A stretch of DNA of 20,000 bases from positions 109,647 through 129,646 of the forward strand of contig NGBS01001185.1 of NCBI GenBank assembly GCA_002245135.1. The letters run 5' to 3'. Positions 10,770 through 20,000 of this stretch are shown in pieces; positions within the stretch are counted from its first letter, which is position 1, and each line of letters starts with the position of its first letter. Under the pieces are notes generated by a model. It ran no database searches. It saw nothing but the letters and a program-made list of their open reading frames with translations, and was not told the DNA's origin. The position numbers and the translations under genes are program-made. The DNA is from Proteromonas lacertae. Lineage: Eukaryota.

Positions 10770-12100
10770 AACAGAAATAGGTAATTTCCAGTTTAAACAC
10801 ATTATCAAATGAATTTTCTACCTATCTTTTCAGTTATAAATAATTGCAGTATTGGATCACTACTGAAATCAATTGCTTCTCTTTTTTCTAATTCCTTCTA
10901 AAATCGAACATTAAACTTCTCCATTCCTTGAATCTTTGATAAACCAATTATTTCATTCCAACTTTTATCACTTAACCATTTTGGTTCTTTTGTTACTGGA
11001 TTGGATTCTTTTAATGTCAAAGCAGTATTACTTGTTAATAAATATTTAAAGGCAGCTGGATCTAATTCATTATTGATTAACAATATCTTTGTACATAATA
11101 AGAACGAGATTAATAACTTATCTTTTTCAAATAAAGATCGACATACATTCTCATCTAATATATAAGTGAATGTATTATCCAAACTATTCAATCGATCTTT
11201 GATTTTATTAGTTCTTACAGCTTTATCAATTGATAATAAGAATAGATTAATATACCAATCCAATGAATATTGATACATTGGCTCAATACCAGTTAAATCA
11301 GAAATACAGAAGATTAAAGCTTATGCTCTTTCTGCTACTGGAATATAACTTGTTCGAACATGGGATATTTGTTGTTGTGTTGCTTTGGCACTCTTTACAT
11401 CTACCATAATCTCATTGGAGGTTTGTTTGGATTTGGCTAAAGTATCAATCAACTTTTCATCTTCTAATATATATAACCTTCAGATGAAGCTAATAAATGT
11501 AAAATTTGATCTTCAATATCTTTCAATGTCTTTTTATATTCGGCATCTTTCATTAACAATTCGACTCATCTTCCTTCTAATTCTCTTTGTTCTTTTCCTA
11601 CTAATATACCTAATAATTGATCTTGTAAACCTTCTTGAGTTGTCATAAAGTTCAATAAATTCACTTTTACACAAGTTTCAGGTGGATAATGTGGATTTTT
11701 AATCATATCATTATATATAATCGGAATTTTTCATCATAATTTACTATATTATCATCTAACGATTAGCTTGTCCTTGAGGATCTATCATTAATGGCTATCT
11801 ATCTGAATTTCTTAACATTATGCCATTCTCTTATGGCTATTGTATATCCTAATATAATAACTAATGAATAACTTGTTAACTAGCTCAGTAATCAGTTCGT
11901 CGACTAGTTTTTCTAAATCTTCTTTCTTTTTTATTATGTTTTCTAATTCTTCTTATAAGGGTTGTACTTGATCAACTAATTCTTTCAATTCACCTCGTTT
12001 AGTGGTTAATTGACCTTCGGCTTTCACTTTTGTAGTTTGAGCTTTTTCTAAGGTTTATCTCTTTGGTACTATTACTTCCTTAATATCATAATATCTCTTG
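10770..12100 (-). pseudogene. Axonemal inner-arm dynein heavy chain (DNAH1/3/7/12-like) pseudogene fragment covering stalk CC2, AAA5, buttress and the start of AAA6
   Basis: Minus-strand translation gives VIVPKR*TLEKA...KKKEDLE, ENGIMLRNSDR*PLMIDPQGQANR*, NPHYPPETCVKVNLLNFMTTQEGLQDQLLGILV, ILEDEKLIDTL, IEPMYQYSLDWYINLF and NVCRSLFEKDKLL. In-frame stops at 12055, 11953, 11795, 11756, 11566, 11321 and 10898, plus frameshifts and large internal deletions. Confidence 0.93.
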
Positions 12101-12288
12101 TTATTATTATAAATAGTTATTTAAACAAATCATCTGATTATGAAACTATTTACAATATCATAAATCCAATAATGTAACACATTGATTGACTAATTATTTC
12201 TTTAAAATTCTTTATATTTATAATACATAAACAAAATGAATGATTTTAAAGAGATTTGATTGGATGGCTTGATTGATTCAAATTTATT

Positions 12289-15200
12289 ATGAATGAAAAT
12301 CAGACAGCAAAGCTTAATAAAAAATACCATAGACCAAAGAATGAAGAGTTAAAAATGGATGAGGGTGAAACAGTTGGTGAAAATCATCGTCAAGTTGAAA
12401 ATAATCAACAGAATAAGATAGAAACTACGTAAACATAGATTATAATATTGTGAATAGGTTAAATCCGAGTAAGAGAAAATTTGACGAGATAAATTCACCT
12501 CCTCTTGAAGGTGTTGGCACGAAGAGGAAGTAAATATAAAATATTATATAGTTTATAGGGAAGAGGTAAAAAAGATAAAACTTTCTGTAATTGCTCCTAA
12601 TGGTAGTGAAATTAATCCTAGTAACAAAACAAAGTAAGGCTAAAACATTTTATTATTTATAGACAATTAGATCATGATGGTAATAATTACCCACAAACAA
12701 AAATAAAACATGGTGTAGAAATAATTAACGATAGTACATTAGAGGTAAATGCTGGTAGAAATAAAATAGGTGGTGATTTATTGTCAAACAATACAAGTGT
12801 TGGATTATTGTCAAACAATACAAGTGTTGGATTAATGTCAAACAATACAAGTGTTGGATTAATGTCAAACAATACAAGTGTTGGATTAATGTCAAGCAAT
12901 ACAAGTGTTGGATTAATGTCAAGCAATACAAATGGTGGATTAATGTCAAGCAATACAAATGGTGGATTAATGTCAAACAATACAAATATTGGATTAATGT
13001 CAAGCAATACAAATGGTGGATTAATGTCAAACAATACAAATATTGGATTAATGTCAAGCAATATAAATGGTGGATTAATGTCAAACAATACAAATGGTGG
13101 ATTAATGTCAAACAATATAAATGGTGGATTAATGTCAAACAATACAAATGGTGGATTAATGTCAAACAATACAAATGGTGGATCATTTTCGAGAAATACA
13201 AATATTCCAATTTCTTTTCCATTAGCTGGTGTTGATATAAATAAAGAAGATGCTTTCATCAGAATAGTAAATTCTTTAAAATTAAATGTAGATAATGGTA
13301 TAGAGTTGTTAGAGTTTGATGAATCTGTAAATGTATTTCAATTCCCCAGAAAGAGAATTCTTATTAGAGAATGTTATAAACAAATGTTTAGACATATTTG
13401 TTTATTATTATCAAATATTCCTGAGCAGAATATAACAATAGAAGGACAACCAGGTATAGGAAAGACTTCCTTCATTTATGCATTATTATACTTTTTAAAA
13501 ACAAATTTATGTAAAGAATATACTGAAGAGCAGAAGAATAACTTAAAGATTCAAGGATATACACATGAAATGTCTGTCATGGATGAAATAATAAGAAAAT
13601 ATGATAAAGAAAATGAACCAAGAATAAGAAAATTGAATGAAGAAATCGAAAATTTAACAAAAGAAAACAATAAAAAGAATATAAATGAAAATGATATTAC
13701 AGAAGTAAACAATATTTGTGAAGATTTGAAAAGTATAACAGAAGATACATTTGGATATGATAAATTCATTAATGAGAATAAAACTGAATGTGATAACATT
13801 ATGAATAGTTTGAATAACGATAACAATAGAGTTATAAAACATTGTAATGGTAAGATTATACAAAAATTGAACGAAATTATAGAATTATTATTACCATCAG
13901 GAAGACTTAGTAAATTCCTTTCTTCAAAAGATGTTACCATCGATGTAAAAAAAATAGATGAATATTGTTGTTACATTATGAATAGAAATGATAGACTTAA
14001 TACATTGAAAATAGAACAATACAAGGATATGACATTGGTTGGATATGCCTTGATAAGTATAATATTAGATAAATTAAATGAGATTAATAAAATATTATTA
14101 GAAAAAGAAGTAAATCAATACAATGTTTATAAACTACGAAAAGAAATAATGATAATTGATGAACTTAATAATACAAAGAATGACATGAAAAGAAAATTAC
14201 AAAATAATCAAGACAGGATTAATGAAATAAAAAAGTCAAAGCATAATAAAAAAATGAATATTATGGAAAGACTAGAATATATTATAAATAGGTATAGTAG
14301 ATTAAGTGAAGAGCAAAAAGCAGAAGTAGATAAAGTAAAGTATGAATCACTTATAAATATTGAAAGAAAGATTGGTGAATTAGAAACTAGTGAAATAGAA
14401 TTGAAAATTGGATTTAATCATTACATATTTGAAGGTAGGTGGAGAAATAGACCAATATATGTGATGAAAGGGAAAAAGAATGGATCTTATAAGGATGAAA
14501 GAATTTATGAATTTAAATATGATGAGAGTAAAAATGATTACATTCTAGTGAAACGTGAAATGACAATTGAAGATATTGTAAATATAACAGAATCAATAAT
14601 AATAGTTGATACAATTAATTATGAGCAAATTGGGATAAGAAATGCAATTATCTCAATTAGTTCACCAGATAGTGATAATAATGATTGTTATAATGGTAGT
14701 AAAGAATTATATTTTGATTCATTAGATAATGAAGAAATAGCAGAGTGGTTTAAAGAATGTACAGATGTTAATGTTGGTAATAATATTAGAATTGATGATT
14801 ATGTTAAAAGTGAAGAATTTGAAAGTATTCGTGATAGATATGGTAGTATCCCCAGACAGATTTATTTTGATTATTTATATAAAGAAAATTATGATGGTAA
14901 AGATTATTAAAAATATTATCAACAATTAATGAATAGTGTAGTTGGTACAACAGGATTTAATGAATTTCTGAATCTATATTCAAATAGAGAGAATTTAAAA
15001 AGTAAACCATTATCCAATATATTATTAAAATATGATATGAAATTAGAATGGGATGATGATTTAAGAGATTATATATTAAAACCAAAAAAGAATTTAAAAT
15101 TCATATCTGATGATATTGAAAAATATATTATTTCCAGATTATATCCACCAAATAATGAGATAGAGTATAAGAGTATAAGAAATAGTTATACACCTCTAAA

Positions 15201-16711
15201 TAAGAAACCTATCAATGAAAAAACTGAAAATGATAAAAATATGGAAAAGATATGTCTAAAACAAATAATATCATACAAATTGAGTAAAGGAGATATTCTA
15301 TTAACTAAAGGAGATTCCAATTTCGAGTATGATACTGATAAACAATTACCAGGTCATTTTCCTGTTGATGGTTTACATTCTGTTTATCATATATTGGATG
15401 AAAATAATGTGTTTGATTTAATAATGAATGGAGTGTTTATAAAAATAGTATTAAATGATGAGACATTAGATGATGAAACAAAAATTAAGCAATCAATATA
15501 TATTTATAGTTTAATAGCAATACAGTTTAAAGAAAAGTGGTAGATTTCAATATGCTATAATAAGAAACGAAGACAGAATTGAATCTTATCATCATATTAC
15601 TATTTCATCTCCAAAAGATCCACCACCACAACCATCACCAACAATAGAAGATTTAGAAGTTGATGATAATAGTAATTCTGAATTGGAAGAATTAATGAAA
15701 AGATATAATATAAATGTGGGAAATATAAAACTTCCATTTCCATTATTTCATATCAAAAAAGAAGATGAAAATGAAATAGAAATATTTGCAAATAATAATG
15801 AATTGTTTTTGATGAGAAAATGTTATAATGAGATGTTGAGAATAATTGATGAAGGTTTTAAGAACAATAAAAATAGATCAAAACCACATCAAAAGACATA
15901 TTTAATGCTTGGCAATAAAGGAATTGGTAAAACAGTATTAGCAGATGTTATAATTGAACATATTAAAAAGATTTATGAAGGAAGAATAAATATAATATAT
16001 AAATATCAAAATAAAAATCAAACATATGAAAAATATGTTCATACAAGTGAATATACAAATGAATATATTGTTGTTGGTAATGGAGCAGTAATTGGTGAAG
16101 ATGATTATCCTGATGCTAAAATGATAATATTATTAGCTAATGGATCTAAAAAGGAGTATAAAACATTTCAAAGTAAAAGATGTCCACTTGTGATGTATAT
16201 ACCTCCATTTTCAAAAGAAGAAATAGAAAAAGTAATCCTTATCCAACATCCAAAATACTCTAAAAATTATGAACAACATTATCTGAAGTTGAAAAATCTT
16301 GCAAATGCAGAAGAAATAAAGAAATGTGATGTTGAAAGTTATGTCAATAATATAGCTTATTATAGAAATAATTATGAATATTATGGTGGACTAATTGGAA
16401 ATTACTATAATAATGAGAAAAAAATAATTAATTCCATTAATCGTATGGATATTGTAAAAGCTAAAGAAATAATAGAAGGAGTTACTATATCATCTCTGTC
16501 AAAGTCTGATTATGATTTTGATGATATTTTTATATACAATACATATGAAGGTGATGTTACTAAATCCGATCATCTAATGTTTGTAACTGAAACAATAGGG
16601 AGAATGGTTATTAATGAATTATATAAAATAACTAAAAAAGATGAATGTATTGCTAGGATAGACTTACTAAATAACACTCCGAATGCTATAATATTTAATA
16701 AAACACAGTAA
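12289..16711 (+). pseudogene. Spliced gene or pseudogene for a Crinkler/RHS (CR)-type protein with two tandem P-loop NTPase domains
   Basis: ATG at 12289. Introns 12429-12457, 12530-12558 and 12634-12662 (each 29 nt, GTAA...TAG) splice in frame into the ORF at 12781. NTPase 1: ILIRECY...IEGQPGIGKTS...IIIVD...ISISSPD...RYGSIPRQIY. NTPase 2: FLMRKCY...LGNKGIGKT...MYIPPFSKEEI...YYGGL. An in-frame TAA at 14908-14910 precedes ORF 14929 in the same frame, and a frame change near 15480-15540 leads into the 15683 ORF frame. Confidence 0.75.
12781..13185 (+). repeat. 27-bp coding minisatellite, 15 units (MS[N/S]NT[SV/NG/NI]GL)
   Basis: ATGTCAAACAATACAAATGGTGGATTA-type units abut directly with no spacers. 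Confidence 0.95.
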
Positions 16712-16984
16712 CAGTTTCAGAGGAAGGATTATTACTGCAATGTGTAAATGTAATGAAAAGTTCAATGATATGTATGAAGAAAAAAATAAAATGATTTCCT
16801 TTCCTAATATATAATATGTGATGAATAATCAACAGAAGAGAACTTGTTTCAATGACATCTAAAAAAGAGAATTTGTTATTAAGATATGTTAATCTTTATA
16901 TATTAATTATTGATTGAGTTTGACTGTATTTGTTTGTGTTATTTTATTGTTTCTATACACCATACTAAAAAGAAATAATAATAA

Positions 16985-17103
16985 AAGAATCGTTACTATG
17001 ACTTCGCACAGAGTCCCCCACTGTACTACTATCATAGCTCGTACAATCTTAACTTCGCAGTTCTGATGGGATGCGGTGCTTTATTGTAGATATGAACGAT
17101 TCT
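16985..17103 (-). rRNA. 5S rRNA: 5S rRNA gene (single copy in this window)
   Basis: Minus strand reads AGAATCGTTCATATC...GCACCGCATCCCATCAGAACTGCGAAGTTAAG...AGTAGTACAGTGGGGGACTCTGTGCGAAGTC...AACGATTCTT. Length is about 119 nt, the helix I ends are complementary, and a T-run (Pol III terminator) lies at the 3' end. Confidence 0.95.
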
Positions 17104-17837
17104 TATTATTATTTCACTCTTTTTCTTATATATTACTCTCTCTTTTATAATTTCTTATAAACATTTTAAATCATATTGATAATGTTATATTAAAAGGAAA
17201 TATACTATATATCAACCTATTCATGTTATTATATAAATATTTATGCTTAATGATGATTTAAAGAGAAAATATGAAAAATGATGAAAGAAACGGCTAAATA
17301 TTTATAAATAGAAAAAGTATTTTTGTGAAATTGATGTGTAAATGATATATTGTGGTGAATATAAGTGTATAATACTGAAGTATGATGATAATTTTATTTA
17401 TATAGACAAAGTAAATGAAGAAAGAAACAGATTTCACATCTTTTTCATACTAAAACAACCCAATTATGTTAAAAATAATTTGTATTTAAAAATGATGTGA
17501 ATAAGCTATAATTGTGAATTTGTGTAAGATAAAGTGAGTTTAAAGAAATAAAGATGTGACATTTGATTAATATGAATGTTATTATTTCGACAGTTAAAGA
17601 GAAATTGTAGATACAAAAACAGATTAAGAACTACTCTTTATTTGAAAGTTTCAAATATCTTAATGTAGAAGAAGATGTAGTAGATTATGCCAAGATGAAT
17701 ATATTATCTCTAGATTTGTATGTATTGTAAAAACAAAAGTAATTATTTGATGAATTATTGTTGTGATATTTTTATGTGAAATAGAAGTGTGATTATTTTG
17801 TATTTAGATTAAATACTGAGTTGAATAATTAAAAGCA

Positions 17838-18395
17838 ATAGTTATAATTAATATTATTGTATGGTTTTATGTTGTTTGATGATGGTTAAAAAGGAGGAGG
17901 AAGAAAAAAATAGTTTGAAGATAAATAAATTACCTTTCCTAGCTATATTAAGCCTTTGTTATATATTTATTTATTTGTGTTATTTTAAGCATTGTGTATA
18001 AAGCGTAGAAATATTATAATGATAAAGAAAAAGAATATCTGAAATAATGAATGATTAATTGTTTTTATAGAAATATAAAACAACAACAAATATTTTATTC
18101 ATCAATATATAATAATAATAATTACATCACACACAAAATGTAAACAACATAAAATAAATAAAGTATAATAATGAATAAAATTTATCTATATAAAATATTC
18201 CAATTCTTAAACCATCTTCCAAATAAACAAATTAATCACTTATATAACTTATATAAATATTATTCAAACTAATTTCAATTGCAATTCTGTAAGGATTATT
18301 TATATCAACTACTTTTTTTATTCTATTCTTCTTCATCCTTTTTAACCATCATCGAACAACATAAAAACATATTATAGAATATAAACTATAACTAT
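17838..18395. repeat. Imperfect inverted repeat, arms of about 70-90 bp (about 17838-17910 and 18313-18395)
   Basis: Plus-strand ATAGTTATAATT...ATGGTTTTATGTTGTTTGATGATGGTTAAAAAGGAGGAGGAAGAA matches minus-strand ATAGTTATAGTT...ATGTTTTTATGTTGTTCGATGATGGTTAAAAAGGATGAAGAAGAA. Confidence 0.85.
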
Positions 18396-18396
18396 A

Positions 18397-19833
18397 CTGG
18401 TAATTGAATGTTCTAATTCAAATAATTTTGTGTATTTCTCTTTATACATATTCCAGATTTTTGAGTTGTTCTAAAATGCTATTTAATAAAAAATAAATTA
18501 TATAATTTATAGTTATTTTTATACTTGAGCTAAAACATCATTCTGTTTCACAATTTCTGCAATTTCTTTGCATATTGATTAGCTCCTTCCATACTTTCAT
18601 TTGCCTTTTCTCTTAATTCATCTTTCTTAGCTTGAAACTCCTTCAATTCTTCTCTTATATTTGTATGAGCTAATTGAAACATTTCTAATCTATGTTCCAT
18701 CCACAATTTATCTTTATAATCTAAAATAATTTTCTTTTTCACTATCTCACCATTTCCTAATTCAGATTCATATTCGTATTCTTTTTCATCAGAAACACCG
18801 ATTAAATCGTATAACATTCCTTGAATTCCTTGTTGAATTCCTTGATTCTTTCTCTATTAAAATAATAATTTATATATTAATATTTATACAGTGTCTTTAC
18901 CAATATAATTGAAATCAGGATGATCATGTAAATAAGAATTCATCTAAAAAATTATAATATTTATATATACTTTTACTTGAAATTCTTTAGCTACTAATTC
19001 TGAAGGATTTTGTTTCTATTTCAATAATATTATATATATATATATATATATAGATAGATAGATAATATACACTATATCTTATATGTGGGAACTCTTTAAG
19101 CGATAAACACACTGAAACTAATTGATTACTAATTTACTAATCATATCCTTTTTCTTAGATTTTATTTCATCAGAATTACCATTTGCAAATAATACAGGTA
19201 ATACATCTTTATCAGCAAGTGAAAATAGTTGTGGTTCTAATACGATGAAATCCATATTCAACTACACCCATATCCACTATTTTATCAGTTATTAATTCGT
19301 TTTCTTTGATTTTCTTCATCTGCTCATCTGATAAACTGGAGGTGAAGTATAAGTATATTCGATCATATAACAAAATTGTTACTGGAACATTCGGACATAC
19401 CACAATAAAGTGATCTAGAATGTAATAATTATAATAATTATTTACATAAAATGCACACTTTTCATCACCTGACACTTTAGCATATCTAACACTGAAATCT
19501 TTGTTGATCAAATCGATATTCTCATCTGTTGGTCGAACAAAATATATTACATCCATTGCAGTACTTGATCTCTCTCATTTTCTAAAAAGTCAATATCTAC
19601 AAAAGATAAACAAACTATCATACCTACACATCCACTGTCGAATATTTCATATTTACCATAGACAATGACACAACTAATCTTGACACAACTAATCTTGTAT
19701 GCTCATCCAAAACTAATATAAATCTATCATTTGTTAATTTCTTCTTTAATTCACTTAAAAGTACTAATTTGGTATATTCACATATTTTTATACTATTACG
19801 AGTAAGATTGTCAAATTGTGATGTAAATTCCAT
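18397..19833 (-). pseudogene. SEC1: Sec1/Munc18 (SM family) pseudogene, intron-containing, 3'-truncated
   Basis: Motifs FILVLDEHT, MDVIYFVRPTDENID, IYLYFTS, QLVSVCLSLKEFPHIRY, QGMLYDLIG, DKLWMEHR and FELEHSIT. Short introns, e.g. 19793-19764 (30 nt). Several 1-nt indels, 15-bp and 12-bp tandem duplications, and similarity ends at about 18397. Confidence 0.88.
19031..19064. repeat. (TA)11(GATA)3 microsatellite inside a predicted Sec1 intron
   Basis: Direct reading of the sequence. Confidence 0.9.
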
Positions 19834-20000
19834 TCTCTATTAAAAATCTTGAGTTTCAAAAATTCTATTTCGTTCAGAAATTATCAATTTTTCTCATTTA
19901 AACAAAAGGGACAGTATAAAATTCAATGATTTTTTATAAAATGTAATTTGTAAAACTAGAAATGTAATTGAGTGTTAAAAGTGGATTATTGTTGTGATAA

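Noticed and set aside
9751..10772. Telomere repeats or a hairpin-telomere resolution site (TATAGGT units, one CCCTAA near 10766)
   Set aside because: There is no tandem tract, and the palindromes are better explained as subterminal motifs inside the TSD-bounded element.
11385..11648. Plus-strand 87-aa ORF
   Set aside because: It is antisense to the dynein pseudogene and has no recognisable motifs.
12781..13185. CRISPR array
   Set aside because: Units abut without unique spacers, keep the reading frame, and lie in a spliced eukaryotic gene.
12687..13940. Minus-strand ORFs 12687-13259, 12725-13222, 13551-13940 and 13654-13863
   Set aside because: They are antisense shadows of the minisatellite and the NTPase gene.
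10770..14910. Stop-codon reassignment (TAA/TAG as sense) explaining the in-frame stops
   Set aside because: The stops replace different residues (Trp, probably Ser and others) and co-occur with frameshifts and deletions. The long ORFs contain no internal TAA/TAG and the surface gene ends in TAA.
17105..17837. Coding gene or ncRNA between the 5S gene and the inverted repeat
   Set aside because: No ORF of useful length and no recognisable motif; it may be highly decayed coding sequence but this cannot be supported.

Overview
Very AT-rich eukaryotic DNA, not prokaryotic. Short GT-AG introns of about 27-31 nt, an axonemal dynein remnant and the domain mix of the surface protein point to a gut stramenopile of the Blastocystis/Proteromonas (Opalinata) type; this host assignment is inference. 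From left to right the window holds: (1) a giant intronless type-I surface-protein gene, open at the window's 5' edge and ending at 9645, built from a 2199-bp tandem unit and broken by one extra G at 3507/3508; (2) a 1005-bp non-autonomous hAT-type element (9726-10730) with 11-bp TIRs, a perfect 8-bp TSD and palindromic subterminal arrays; (3) a deletion-riddled inner-arm dynein heavy chain pseudogene on the minus strand; (4) a spliced gene (three 29-nt introns) with a 27-bp minisatellite and two tandem Crinkler/RHS-type P-loop NTPase domains, disrupted by a stop and a frameshift; (5) a solitary 5S rRNA gene on the minus strand; (6) an imperfect inverted repeat that may be two tetraspanin-like 3' remnants; (7) a truncated Sec1/Munc18 pseudogene on the minus strand. 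Overall it looks like a fast-evolving accessory region rich in pseudogenes. All family assignments are by-eye motif recognition, not database searches.
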